A stretch of 63,867 nt of DNA, filler included, from Octopus bimaculoides (taxonomy: Eukaryota): NCBI RefSeq assembly GCF_001194135.2. It is 5 parts of 5 records of this genome, joined end to end, with 100 filler letters (N's around TTAATTAATTAA, not from the genome) between each part and the next. Parts side by side here need not be neighbours in the genome. Positions count along the whole stretch, not along the records: positions 23,025 to 46,245 come from NC_068984.1; 4 more parts are not named here. One strand, written 5' to 3'. The notes beneath the pieces are model-generated. The model was given only the letters and a program-made list of their open reading frames with translations, ran no database searches and had not been told where the DNA came from. Made by a program: the position numbers and the translations under genes. Of the stretch, positions 25,373 to 39,959 are shown piece after piece. Each line of letters begins with the position of its first letter. The first letter of the stretch is position 1.

Positions 25373-27499
25373 ATATATATAATGTTTTTTTTTAATTTTC
25401 TTTTGAATTTAGAGGGCACTACCTGAACAAAATGAAAATATGAACACTGAATCTATAACATATTCACTATAGTAATTACTGAACATTTAACAACTATCAG
25501 ACTTTTAGCGAGCCAGGAGGGAACTGCTATATCGTTGCTCAAAACCTGCAAGAAGTAGAAGTCAAATCTGCATCAGATCACACAATACATATCGGATAAT
25601 TAATCCCAGATATATTACGTTTGAAAAATGTTTGTAAAAACTACTAAAATATATCTCATCAGGACTGAACTAGGGTTATATCAAAACATCAATACGGAGT
25701 GTTCAAAGCGTCACACCAGAATGTACTTTTAAAGACTTTACTTCGCTTACAATGCTACATAGTATGGTATCTATGTCACACAGTCTCAATTAGTTTTCTT
25801 AGGAAAAGCATTATCAGGCTATGAAAAATGTATTTTGCTACGCCTATGACCGAAAGTTTACAGGTACTTAGATATATGGTGCAGTGGTGATCATGCTGCC
25901 CTCAACGGTATTAGTGGCGTGAATGAAATGGCTTCAACTGGGAAATAAATGTACTACACCCGCAAACAGCTTTAAATTTTAAAAACAAACATCATTAATA
26001 ACCATTCACCATCATTTTCTTAACGAAAAGGATCCACAGGGGCCTATATATATATCGCTGGATTATGTAGCGCAAAGTGGATATGAAACCAGTCTGCTTC
26101 TAGTTAAATCCTGAATCTATTTTAGATATATTTCCCTGGAAGTAGAGATTTAATATTCAACGAGACACCACAAGCCAATGAATAAACTCTCCATTGACTA
26201 AGAGCAACCGCCGTTCAAAGTGGTAAATAACGCCAACTGCGTAACTTATTTAGAGTTAAACAAATAATGATTGTAGAGGAACAGGAACTGTTGCGCCTTG
26301 ATCAAGTCTACGTTGTCCACTTCTCCTGTCGAAACTATGGAAACTATCAGTCTATGGACATAGGGAAACAATCGGGATAGTGAATAGAATACGTCTAAAC
26401 TGCCACACTGCAAAGCTAAGGACCATACTGTACACTTTAGCTGGTATAGAATGAAGAGGCCTTGTATATTTGTAACGATGTAGCTGTAGATCACAGCACA
26501 GTGTATCTGTGGATCACAGCAAGCTTCTGCATGCCAGAAGCTTACTTGCTTAGAACTTGCTGGTGGCAACACAACGAAAGCAACATAGAATTAAATGAGA
26601 CCTAGTTTTTTAAAACTTAACTATCCTGGTTACAAACTCTGCACAACGTAATACCGTTGATAGATACGAACCACAAATCTCCTGGTTACAAATAGTGCTG
26701 AACCTATCGCCTTTTATACGATGCGAACCACAAACCTCTCGAATGGTTGCCAGGTACTCTATCGATTTAATCGTGAGTAAATGTTTTGAAGCTATATTAC
26801 ATTTTCACGACTATATTTTCTGGTTCCATTAATAATGGTGATAATCACAGCTGGCCTTCAGTCATGAGTGTTACAGCGAAACTATTTTTCTTTTTTTTCT
26901 CTTTTCCTTTCTCTCTTTCTTTCATACTTTTCATATTTCTTTCCTCCGTTCGAGCAGATAATGAAAATCCTATTAGTCAAGTATACATTATGTACATCCA
27001 GTGAAACAGAAGCCTGTATATTTTCTCAATTTAGTTGCAAGAACAGCATGAAATATACAAAAGTGTTTATTCTCGGGCAGGCTGATACACAGGCTCAGAA
27101 TGAAAATTTTATATATCAAAATACACACACACACACACACACATCATACATATATACATATATATATAGATAGATAGATATGAGAAAAATGGAGTTAGAT
27201 AATTTGATGGATGGATGGATGGGTGGATGGATATATATAAAAATATATATACACACACATGCATATTACATACTTATATGGAGGCAGCGTGTAGCTAAAG
27301 AGAAAGTGACTTGTGTATATATGCATGTGTATGTTTGTGCGTGTATGAACTTAGACACGCACGTATATACATATATACATACATTAATATACACACATTC
27401 ATTTATACACACACACACACATATATATACATGTATGTATACATATTTTTCTACTCATTATATATATATACATGTATGTATACATATTTTTCTACTCAT

Positions 27500-27539
<40 letters not shown>

Positions 27540-27559
27540 TACATATATACTCTTGTTCG

Positions 27560-27598
<39 letters not shown>

Positions 27599-27915
27599 AT
27601 AAACGAATGTATATAATATATATGTATATATATATATATATATATATACATACATGTACATGTGTATAAATATGTTACTAAAGTACAATACATACATATA
27701 TAATATACACACGCATACATACATACATACATACATACATACATACATAGACACACACACGCATAGTGACACAGACAGATAGACAAATAGATTGATAGAT
27801 AGATAGATAGATATCATTTCCTTTTAGCTAGACGGACACCGGCAAATTTAAATCGATCGATTATCAGCAATCGGAAAATATATACGCTGCAGCGTGCTGT
27901 GTCACCCAAACGTAC

Positions 27916-28051
27916 TTGAGATAGTCTGCTGTCTTGGAAACAACGACAGCAAGAATGAAGTCAATGGCAACATCAGTGCTTGTCTACTAGGCTGGCAATA
28001 GTCGATGGGAGACAATAGTGGAACCATTGCTAGTACCAAAGGTGGTAGCAT
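27916..28051 (-). CDS. Candidate first coding exon (signal-peptide-like), unverified
   Basis: In-frame upstream stop, then GCAAAT-ATG; MLPPLVLAMVPLLSPIDYCQPSRQALMLPLTSFLLSLFPRQQTIS + 1 nt, then donor A|GTACGT (phase 1). No homology recognised. Confidence 0.2.
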
Positions 28052-28122
28052 ATTTGCAGCAGCAGTAGCAGCAGATGATGTACTATCAAGTTATGTGGTA
28101 ATGGTGACACATACGCACACAC

Positions 28123-28189
<67 letters not shown>

Positions 28190-28880
28190 CGGCATTCGTG
28201 ACAGACAGCGAAAAACAACGTGCCAAAGAGAAGGCCTGTGTATGGACTCTGGACATATTCGAAATAGTAGCTAATTCTTGTTATTCCTCATCTTACCGTT
28301 TCATTTGAAGGACACATAGGATAATGTAATCCAGAAATTCAATGCCACTGCTAAAATGCTTTAATGGTATGTGTCGTCAGTCAGGGCCGACCTACGATTA
28401 AACAACATTGATAACAAAAAATTGATAAATGAAGGAACCCTCAATAAGTCGGCTAGTCTTCGCAAAAATGCCAACAAAGTCTCCTTCAAATAAACCCCCA
28501 CCGTCTTACAAAAAAGGAAGGACGTTGGATTATGTCGAATTAGGTATACTTATACGAGTGCATGTGTGTCTTATCGGAGCGCGTCTGTACTATAATCATT
28601 ATTTTGTTGTTGTCAGCATTGGGTACCTAACGAGGTTCATCCAACAGCTGGAGTGCGTGTGTGTGTGTGTGTGTGTGTGCGTGCGCGTGCATGTGTATAG
28701 GTTTCTATGTATACACACATACACAAACATATGTATAAGTATACTAGTGTGTGTATATATATATATATATATATATGCACACACATACAAACACACAAAC
28801 CTGAACGTTTATTTGTGTGAATGTTTTTCACCTTATCTCAATATTCGTAAGTACCTGTAAGTTTTGCTCGTTCCTTATTT

Positions 28881-28938
<58 letters not shown>

Positions 28939-29444
28939 CAAACACATACACACAATTACACAGAAACAAGCACACACACATGCACATATACAAACACAGA
29001 TGAACGGATGAAATAAACATACATGATGATCACGTAAATGTCAGGTGAAACTAGTCGGGTTGTTCATTTCTTCGTTCTGCTCAGAAAACCTGAGGCTATA
29101 TGATGCATAGTTCACAGCAAGGTAGAGCGCGTGTTTATTAATTGTAAACATATAGATGTATCGCAATATATCCACAAACACTCTCTATCAATATTTTAGT
29201 TAATACGATATATGCGTGTGCGCTTGTCAGTAATTTTTCATATCTACACATACATACACGGCTGAAACTTACGAAAATGAATGAGTGCGTGAATATGACT
29301 AAATGTTTGCACTTGTATTCATATATGTCTATATATGTATATTTGGATATGTCTGTATGTTCTATTTTTAATTATTTGAATCCTTCCTGGTTTCTAACAA
29401 AGATACAAAGCTTCATCGCTGGAACGCCGATAATATAAACAATG

Positions 29445-29945
29445 TAGCATGGTGAACTTGTGAAAAGTCTTGCATATTTTTACTGTTCCATTTACAAATT
29501 GCATTTGTTATGTGTTGTTAGCTGATAGATTTCTTTTTCTGAAAACGCTAGCTTTTCTAGATTGCCACATCGGGATTTATTCGCGAAACTGAACCCACCA
29601 ATTTTTACTGGTTTTAATGTAAATTTGTAATTGAGGTGGAGAAACTGAAAGATTCGAAGCAGTCATTCGTAGTTATCCTCTTTCTCTTTCATTTTCGATG
29701 AGTTATTCACATCAGCAACGCTGTTGATCTCTATGACGGTACATACTTTTCTTTCTTGTCCTAGATGACTATATCTGGTCTGTTATACTGTTCTTGGTAG
29801 AAATTTTCATGCGACTGTTCTACCAGTATCCATTGTATTGATGTTTATGCTTGTATCCAATAACAAGGGGTTCTCTATATTTATCCTAAGATAGTATTTC
29901 ATATTGCTTTAACGAAAATGTCATGTCGTATTAGGAAGCAGATCC
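29445..29945 (-). mobile_element. RLE-type (R4/Dong-like) non-LTR retrotransposon relic, restriction-like endonuclease domain
   Basis: Minus translation LIRHD...YNRPDIVI*DKKEK.CTVIEINSVADVN...KEKEDNY..LLRIFQFLHLNYKF...GTVKICKTF; NRPDIVI* at 29761-29784 (PD-(D/E)xK-type RLE signature). Confidence 0.8.
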
Positions 29946-30261
29946 TTGATAACAATTTTGGGAGTTGTTGATCAGATCTGTGATGTCTTCCACAGGAATG
30001 TAACGTCTTTAATATTTCATGTTTTATTTGCTTCAGTCGTTAGACAGCAGCCATGCTGGGGCACAACCTTGAAAAGTTTGCAGTCGTGTTTGCTTATAAA
30101 GAGCAGGGCTCATAAGCCACCAACGGAGCCGCAAATGCAAAATATTAGTATATATACATAGATGTATATACATACATATATATAGATGTATATATAGAGA
30201 AAGAGATAGATAGATGTACATATATATATATATATATGTATATATACGTATATATGTGTAA

Positions 30262-30310
<49 letters not shown>

Positions 30311-31222
30311 NNNNNNNNNNNNNNNNNNNNNNNNNNNNNNNNNNNNNNNNNNNNNNNNNNNNNNNNNNNNNNNNNNNNNNNNNNNNNNNNNNNNNNNNNN
30401 NNNNNNNNNNNNNNNNNNNNNNNNNNNNNNNNNNNNNNNNNNNNNNNNNNNNNNNNNNNNNNNNNNNNNNNNNNNNNNNNNNNNNNNNNNNNNNNNNNNN
30501 NNNNNNNNNNNNNNNNNNNNNNNNNNNNNNNNNNNNNNNNNNNNNNNNNNNNNNNNNNNNNNNNNNNNNNNNNNNNNNNNNNNNNNNNNNNNNNNNNNNN
30601 NNNNNNNNNNNNNNNNNNNNNNNNNNNNNNNNNNNNNNNNNNNNNNNNNNNNNNNNNNNNNNNNNNNNNNNNNNNNNNNNNNNNNNNNNNNNNNNNNNNN
30701 NNNNNNNNNNNNNNNNNNNNNNNNNNNNNNNNNNNNNNNNNNNNNNNNNNNNNNNNNNNNNNNNNNNNNNNNNNNNNNNNNNNNNNNNNNNNNNNNNNNN
30801 NNNNNNNNNNNNNNNNNNNNNNNNNNNNNNNNNNNNNNNNNNNNNNNNNNNNNNNNNNNNNNNNNNNNNNNNNNNNNNNNNNNNNNNNNNNNNNNNNNNN
30901 NNNNNNNNNNNNNNNNNNNNNNNNNNNNNNNNNNNNNNNNNNNNNNNNNNNNNNNNNNNNNNNNNNNNNNNNNNNNNNNNNNNNNNNNNNNNNNNNNNNN
31001 NNNNNNNNNNNNNNNNNNNNNNNNNNNNNNNNNNNNNNNNNNNNNNNNNNNNNNNNNNNNNNNNNNNNNNNNNNNNNNNNNNNNNNNNNNNNNNNNNNNN
31101 NNNNNNNNNNNNNNNNNNNNNNNNNNNNNNNNNNNNNNNNNNNNNNNNNNNNNNNNNNNNNNNNNNNNNNNNNNNNNNNNNNNNNNNNNNNNNNNNNNNN
31201 NNNNNNNNNNNNNNNNNNNNNN

Positions 31223-31279
<57 letters not shown>

Positions 31280-31644
31280 GTATATGTATTTATATATATA
31301 TATATATATATATATACGTATATGTATTTATATATATACGTATATGTATTTATATATATATGTATATGTATTTATGTAACTGTATATGTAAATATGCATT
31401 TATATATATATGTATTTATGTAACTGTATATGTAAATATGCATTTATATATATATGTATTTATATATATATGTATATGTGGATATATATATGTGGATATA
31501 TATATACGTGTATATATATATGTGGATATATATATACGTGTATATATATATGTGCTTATATATCTGTGCATATATATATATTCATATGTATATATATGTG
31601 TATATATACGTGTGTTTGTAAATATATATATATATACATACATA

Positions 31645-32390
31645 TATTTCGTGCCTTCTCTCTATGCAGTAGATCTTCGCTTCTTCAGTTTCTCCTCGTA
31701 GCTCATGTGTTGCTCTTAGGTAATTTCCTTTTGTAACAATGTCGATTTATCTCGAGCGCTACTGTTAGGTTGACGCTACGTGGTGATTATGATTGGTAGC
31801 AGTTGAGAAAAGTGATCTACATGGCCAACAATCTTTCCTTTATCCTTCTTCTGGAGGGTGTCAGAATCCCACCAAACGGTTACCTTTAGATTTGTGCTAT
31901 CTTAATAATATGCACTTGTACTGATGCCTCATTGCTTATGTGGATTCCCAGATAACATGTTGATTGTGTTTCTGAGATCGCCATAGACTTGATTTCCCAA
32001 CTATACGCGAAGGTCGAACAGTTGTGACATCTGTGCGTGATCAACCTGATCGAAAGTCTTCTGAAACTCGAGATATCTCACATCTCCATTTCAAGGATTG
32101 AAATGTTTCATTTCGTAGTCGTGATGTTGGAGTAGCTGTATGATGCGACTACTTCGTGAAAAGAAGCTGAGTTTCGTGTCAGTGCGCAAAAGCAAACCAT
32201 TTTCTTTCTTCTAGGAGTGTCATCAATTTCTTTCTGATAGCATTACAAGATTCGCTGGTTTTTGAGGTCAGCATGATAGGCCTGAACGTTTTAGCATCTA
32301 CTCTGCTTCTTCTCCTATGGATAGGGCATATACCTTCTATTGAATTTATGGGAAGGTTATTGCGTTTGCTGCATTAAAAGCTCTAGAAAA
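31645..32390 (-). mobile_element. CR1-clade LINE RT relic (heavily deleted)
   Basis: FRPIMLTS (32264-32286, cf. YRPISLTS), QLLQHHDY, DVRYLEFQKTFDQVDH (32037-32075, cf. YLDF.KAFDKV.H), SYEEKLK...IERR (cf. SY.ERL..L.SLERRR). Confidence 0.7.
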
Positions 32391-33170
32391 TTGTATTCTC
32401 ATATACATACATATATATATAAATATATATATATATATATGTATATATTTGTGTGTGTGTGTGTGAGTAAAAATAAATACAAAAAAAGGGGTTTTGTATG
32501 ATTGTGTATAGAGGAATATATTATTTTGTTTAAAAGAGTTCCAAGTCTGTCTGTTTTTTATGTTTTATTTATATTCTTGTAAAATTAATGTGGGATATAG
32601 AGTATGGAATCTACAATATATAATATAAAAATGGATGGTACAATGAAATAAAGTATTGAATGTCTTATTGAATATATGGAATATGTCTTATTGAATATAT
32701 GAAATATTGAGTGTTCAATATAAAGGATTAAATATATAAAGGCTTCATCATGGCCGGTATGANNNNNNNNNNNNNNNNNNNNNNNNNNNNNNNNNNNNNN
32801 NNNNNNNNNNNNNNNNNNNNNNNNNNNNNNNNNNNNNNNNNNNNNNNNNNNNNNNNNNNNNNNNNNNNNNNNNNNNNNNNNNNNNNNNNNNNNNNNNNNN
32901 NNNNNNNNNNNNNNNNNNNNNNNNNNNNNNNNNNNNNNNNNNNNNNNNNNNNNNNNNNNNNNNNNNNNNNNNNNNNNNNTCATCAATTTCTTTCTGATAG
33001 CATTACAAGATTCGCTGGTTTTTGAGGTCAGCATGATAGGCCTGAACGTTTTAGCATCTACTCTGCTTCTTCTCCTATGGATAGGGCATATACCTTCTAT
33101 TGAATTTATGGGAAGGTTATTGCGTTTGCTGCATTAAAAGCTCTAGAAAATTGTATTCTCATATACATAC

Positions 33171-33203
<33 letters not shown>

Positions 33204-33601
33204 GCTTAGTCTTAGAATGGTGGCAGCTGATGACGTAGATATTCTCTATGTGGCCTGTGTGTTTTCTGTACTCTGTTTATCATTTTGTCCACATCTTTTT
33301 GCAACGTCGTGTACCCAGATATGCATCTATATATACATGTAAATGTAGGTATGTACATACATGTACGTATATATGCATATACTCATATATTATTTGTATT
33401 ATATATATATGTATATATATACATGCATACAAATATATATATATACATGCATACAAATATATATATATATATATATACATGCATACAAATATATATATAT
33501 ATATACATGCATACAAATATATATATATATATATATACATGCATACAAATATATATATATATATATAAATATACATGCATACAAACATACGTATATATAC
33601 C

Positions 33602-33693
<92 letters not shown>

Positions 33694-33783
33694 CTCTTAC
33701 ATATACATATATATATATATATATATATAATAATAATAATCAACGAATGAGTTCTTGAAAATTGGTTATTTTCCCTAAAACTA

Positions 33784-33825
<42 letters not shown>

Positions 33826-34169
33826 ATGTATTATTACCATTAGTTGTAGTAATAAGGTGGCTAGCAAGTTCATACCTTTACAGGCACAATATAAAGTAAT
33901 TTAAGATAGAGTGGGGTATATAATACCACTTGCTAAAGTCAGACCCATTACTCGTGTGTATCTTTATCGTAATTTTTATGGTGCTTTTTGGAGCAATGGC
34001 TCTGATTTTAGCAAGTGGTATTATATACCCTACTGTATCTCATATATACATATATATATATATACATAATACGTCCACATATATATAACACACGCACACG
34101 CGTATATATATATACAATACAGTGTTTTGTATATTACTATATGTAAAACAAATACAATATATATATATT

Positions 34170-34223
<54 letters not shown>

Positions 34224-34809
34224 ATACAGTGTTTTATATATTACTATATGTAAACCATATACAATATATATATATAATATACGCTCGCATGTNNNNNNNN
34301 NNNNNNNNNNNNNNNNNNNNNNNNNNNNNNNNNNNNNNNNNNNNNNNNNNNNNNNNNNNNNNNNNNNNNNNNNNNNNNNNNNNNNNNNNNNNNNNNNNNN
34401 NNNNNNNNNNNNNNNNNNNNNNNNNNNNNNNNNNNNNNNNNNNNNNNNNNNNNNNNNNNNNNNNNNNNNNNNNNNNNNNNNNNNNNNNNNNNNNNNNNNN
34501 NNNNNNNNNNNNNNNNNNNNNNNNNNNNNNNNNNNNNNNNNNNNNNNNNNNNNNNNNNNNNNNNNNNNNNNNNNNNNNNNNNNNNNNNNNNNNNNNNNNN
34601 NNNNNNNNNNNNNNNNNNNNNNNNNNNNNNNNNNNNNNNNNNNNNNNNNNNNNNNNNNNNNNNNNNNNNNNNNNNNNNNNNNNNNNNNNNNNNNNNNNNN
34701 NNNNNNNNNNNNNNNNNNNNNNNNNNNNNNNNNNNNNNNNNNNNNNNNNNNNNNNNNNNNNNNNNNNNNNNNNNNNNNNNNNNNNNNNNNNNNNNNNNNN
34801 NNNNNNNNN

Positions 34810-34854
<45 letters not shown>

Positions 34855-35639
34855 TAAAACTCATATTTATATGCGTGTGTGAATCTGTATACATGCATAC
34901 ATTAATCTGTATGCACACACACATGTACAAACGTTTATACATAGGTATGTATGTGTTTGTACATATATTTTTTTTTGTCACAATTGAGAGTCTATATGTA
35001 AGCAATTTTCCTCGTAGACAATATTTCAGCAGGAAACTGGAAGACCAGCAAATAACGGACTGGTGAGGATCAATCAGCTTCAATTACCAGTTTCATAACT
35101 CACAGCAATCCAAGTCGTTATTTCGCACAAGTCCGCACGGATTTACAATAAGAAGATATATTAAAGATTTCTCCACACTATCACTACATTTTTGCTTACA
35201 TATGTGTGCTTCTCCGTGAGTGCGCGCACATGAGCCAACAGATAGACTTACAATGCACACATCTAGTTTTGTTATGTACATAATACACCTGTTTGTGTGT
35301 GCGTGTGCTTGTATTTATATGCGCATGTGCGTATTCTCATTTCAGTCTTATAAATCAAACTATCTATATGTAAATAGATATACACATATCGATTTACATA
35401 CACGTAGAAAAAAAAGCAACTATGTATGTATGCATATGTGTGTGTACGTATACACATGCGTGTGTGTGTGTGTCTATGTATATATGTATGTGTACATACA
35501 TACAAACATACTTACATACATACAGATATATATATATATATATGAACATATTTACATTTATGAATATATATTTACATAAATATATATATGTATAAATGTG
35601 TGTGTGTGTGTGTACATATATATACATATATATATATAG

Positions 35640-35674
<35 letters not shown>

Positions 35675-36112
35675 AATATATCCATAGGTATATATATGTA
35701 TATATAAATATGAATATATACATATATTTACATAAGTATATATATATATATGTACATAAGTATATATATATATATATATATATAAGAATATATACATATA
35801 TAAACATGAATATATGCATATATCTATACATAAATATATATATATATATATAAACAAATATATATATATATATATATACGTGAATATATATATATATAAA
35901 TATATATATTTATGTATATATATATATATATACATAAATATATATAGACATGTATGTATAGATAAATATATATATATAGATAAATATATATATATATATA
36001 TATACATAAATATATATAGATATGTATGTATAGATAAATATATATATATATATATATATAGATAAATATATATATATATACATAAATATATATAGATATG
36101 TATGTATAGATA

Positions 36113-36145
<33 letters not shown>

Positions 36146-36598
36146 AGATAAACATATACAAATATATACATACATAAACATATATAGATATGTATGTATA
36201 GATATACATATATATATATGTGTACATAAACATACATTTATACATACATACATATATATGTGTGTGTGTGTGTGTGTCTGTTGCTCTTTCTTATCGCTCG
36301 GGTCTAGAAGTATGTTTATGTATGAAAGAATTATAATAACTGCAACGGTCAAATTCTCATTTCTGCTGAAAATTATACTGGAATATAATAGCGACATAAA
36401 TATATTGTTTCGTAGAAAGGAGTGGAGGAATATGAAGGAGAGTGACGTTCTCTGAACTCCAGTCTCTATTTTGATTACGACCAGAAATATTTGACTTTTA
36501 TTTTAGAACACAATTATATTTTTCTCATAAATAAATGAGTCATCTTCAATCCAACTAATAATGCTTGTCACTCTCTGCTTGAATACCGTTGATAATTA

Positions 36599-37500
36599 TC
36601 ATATTTGCCGGCGTATAGGACGGATTCTCGCATATGCATACACCCTATTTTACAAGGCTATTTTTTGAAAAAATCAGTTTTTGTATTTTTCATCATATAT
36701 GTATTGGATGATATTTTAAAGTTGTTTTGTAGGGAGAAGTTTATAATTCTGTGCGAAAAAATTCAATATTATGGTGGTATGGTGGAATATAGAATGAAAT
36801 CATATAATGAAACTTAAACATTAACTCTAAAAAGAAACTAAATTTAATTTGCCATGGCAAAAAAGAAACAGACTGGTATCATTGAGTCCTGGCACATGCA
36901 AACAAAAGCATAAACAATGGTAAAACTGGAACAAATCAGCAAAGTACAATGGGAATGAATTCCTATAGATTGTTACAATACATGCAGACAAAGAATGAAC
37001 GTTTTCTCATAGAAACTGGTACTATGGAACAGAGCAAGCAACAAAAAGAAAGAAAACTAAAATACAATGAAGGTTTATTAAATTCTCTTCCACAAATCCC
37101 AGAAAATCATCACTACTAGGAAATCAGCAGCCGCAAGGCCAGAAAACTCATTTGCATTTCTCATACCCAAACTATTTTGTTCATCACTTGCATTCTCTGC
37201 AATTGTATCTAGGTCATCAATTTCTTTTTCCAGCAATAAATCGTCCTCAGTACCATAGCGGGCATTACTAATGCCACATTTTTTATATGAATTCACAACT
37301 AGCTCTTCGTATTCAGAATTCCAGGAACTTAATACTCATTCACATACCCGTGTACGTGTCACTTCAAAATCTGATAAATACAGTTCATCTTTTTCCTTCG
37401 ATATGTACTCCCCTAGCGTTTGTCTCCATGGACTAGCCCTCAAAACAGCGAGATGATGCAGATATGTCACCTTCACCACTGCTAAAGAGCTGCATCTACC
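36599..37500 (-). mobile_element. pogo/Tc2-like DNA transposon 3' relic with one degenerate TIR
   Basis: Minus translation RVCE*VLSSWNSEYEELVVNSYKKCGISNARYGTEDDLL (37230-37350) matches the pogo-family C-terminus. TA-[TC]ATATTTGCCGGCGTATAGGACG at 36597-36622 resembles CCGTATTT..CGGCGTATAAGACG termini. Confidence 0.65.
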
Positions 37501-37949
37501 CCTCTGTAACACATAATCTGAAAAGAGCTAAGGTTTCACACTCCTAAAATAGCCTTAAATAAACTTTTCACTACCTTGAAGTATTTTTATTTCCCCGCGT
37601 TCAATTGCTAAATAGTTGTTGACCTTACGTTAGGCTCACTCGTCCTTTTGACATGTATTTTGCACAGATAGATTTCTAGCAATCTTTTTCACCTAGGGCA
37701 TGGAATAAAGATTTACGCATCAACACTTCGACGATAAATATGTTACCAGTAGCACTCAAAATGATCTGACTACATATATGGATGCATTTCTGTATGTACG
37801 TAAGCATACATAAATACATATATAGTGGTTTGAATAATCTCTATAACTTGCTAAGTTTCCATCTATCATCGATGGTATTAAAAGACTGACTACAATATGA
37901 CCCACATAGCTGCCACTAAACTGAAGTAACAACTGTTATAATTACAAGC

Positions 37950-38740
37950 AAGACAAATTTGAGCTATCGATTTCAGGGTGCCAACTTGCTTACCTTGCTG
38001 TGAAATCATTATCAACCCTACTGAGACAATTCCAGGCCAATATATTAGGATCAGCAGAGAAGAAAATGTCATCCACAAATTTTGTTGATGACCTAGAATT
38101 GTGTTCAGATAATATTCACGACACCAAAAGGCAATTAAAGCATTCTATTGATACATAGAAATGGAAGCTAGACAGGGTATATTTCATATTTTGTAAAGCA
38201 ATCGAGAGAATATTATTAACCAGACAACGAATATAATTATCAATGACTTGTCAGTGTCTCTTATCTCCCATGATAAATGCTGCAGGTATACTGGAATCAA
38301 TGAAAAGCAGCATACGTTGGTCGTGTAATCAAAACTAGTCACAAAGGAAAAATTCAGTAGACTTTAGATGTCAAAACTGTTTGCATTCAATGTGGCAATA
38401 TTCCATCAAATCTACCGAATTCAAATATAAAGACCTGATATAGTTATTTGGGACAGACAAGACAAATCGTGCATAGTCAAAGTTAGCTGCACTAAACAAT
38501 ATCTCTTCCAAAATCAGCAGAAAGTAGAATATCTATGGATAACTGCTTCGAAATCTGCTGCTCCTCCACTCTGATTATAAATTACACCCATGCCAATAAT
38601 TATTTGTGCATTTGGCTATGTTAGTAAATGTCTAAACGACAATGAGAAAAAGCTAAGATTTTCTGACAAGGAAAGAGAGAAGCTAACACAAACTTCACTG
38701 ATACTGTGAAAATATCTAAAACGTCTTAACTTCAATACTG
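37950..38740 (+). mobile_element. RLE-type (R4/Dong-like) non-LTR retrotransposon relic: RT core fused by deletion to RLE
   Basis: FQG..., LAVKSLSTLL, FVDDLEL (38081-38101; YADD equivalent), RYTGINE, then RPDIVIWDRQDK (38431-38466), PIIICAFGYVSKCL, TVKISKT. Confidence 0.7.
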
Positions 38741-38744
38741 ATTT

Positions 38745-38960
38745 CAAATTTTGGCACGTGGCCAGTAATTCCGAGGGAGGGTGTAAATCGATTACATCAG
38801 CCCCCAGAACTCAACTGGTGCTTATTTTATCGATCTCAAAAGGATGAAAGGCAAAGTCGACTTCGGGGAAATTTGAACTCGAAACATAAAGACGGGCGAA
38901 ATGCCGCTTAGCGTTTTGCCTAGCGTGCTCACGATTCTGCCAGTTCACTGCTCTTAAGTT
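38745..38960 (-). mobile_element. SINE family D copy
   Basis: AAAGGATGAAAGGCAAAGTCGAC...ATTTGAACTC...GATTCTGCCAG, collinear with 11889-12106. Confidence 0.85.
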
Positions 38961-39916
38961 TAATATTGAGCAATTATCGTTCTTGCTATCCAAATTCCAG
39001 CAATAGAGCTTTTGTTTCTCTCTTAGGAACTAGTTCTTTCTCTCTAGGAAGAACTATAATAAATATGAAAACAAAAAGTGAAGCCATGCCTACATACATA
39101 CATAATAGAGAAAAAACAGACAGACATAGAAAAAGAAACATACAAACAAAACCAAGATAAACATGTAGGCCGACCCATGACTCTCTGACAAACAATGAAG
39201 TAGATAGGCGAACAGACTGATGATCAAAGCGGCAGACAGATGCGTATGCATACTTACATATATGCATACATACATTACACTGCATTACATAAAGATACAG
39301 TCGAAGAAATAATTCTATGGAATGGAGAAATATTTCCAAATTTCCTTTTCAGCAAGTAAATTACACGATCTTTTCTATCACTATTTCTTCTATATTCTAA
39401 ATTGATCGATTGCTGAAAATAGGAAATACTAGTAGAGCGCCTAACAAAATAATTTACTTTATATATATTTGTCCTAATGCATTTATCTTCATTATATGAC
39501 TTCAAATCCCATCGAGATTCACTTTCTAACTACATCAAACTTGGATCGATAACTTAGATACCAGTGATATTCTGAGATCAATTAATTCGATTATACTCTT
39601 GTGAATATTGATCTAATCTTATATATCTACTTTTTCAGTTTCCAATCGTTTCATTTATTTATTCATACACATGCACACTCGCATACACACGAATATATAT
39701 TTAAACAGAAAGTGTGATCAATCTGAAATGTTTCGGTTTTTGTTAAAGCTTCGTCAGAGATCAGATTCTCAAAGAGAGAATAGTAGCATATAGCTATTTA
39801 TAGTTAATTACAATTGATTAACGAAAACGCGTAAGACACTCGGTGATAAGGGTACCTTACATTCCTATCAATTGCATTGCTGCAGAGTGCTTATATTAAT
39901 AATATACACACGCACA

Positions 39917-39947
<31 letters not shown>

Positions 39948-39959
39948 TACAGATAGGAT

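Noticed and set aside
32221-33202. Identical ~220-bp direct repeat (32221-32440 and 32981-33200)
   Set aside because: The second copy starts exactly at a gap edge and is 100% identical although it lies within an old CR1 relic. Most likely an overlapping-contig or haplotype assembly artefact, not an LTR.
33229-33260. CTGATGA followed by a CGTAGA/TCTATG hairpin
   Set aside because: No GAAA box after the stem; at most a decayed repeat fragment.
27180-36397. Many YI/HT/CV/SL-repeat ORFs
   Set aside because: Translations of (TA)n, (CA)n and (CT)n microsatellites.
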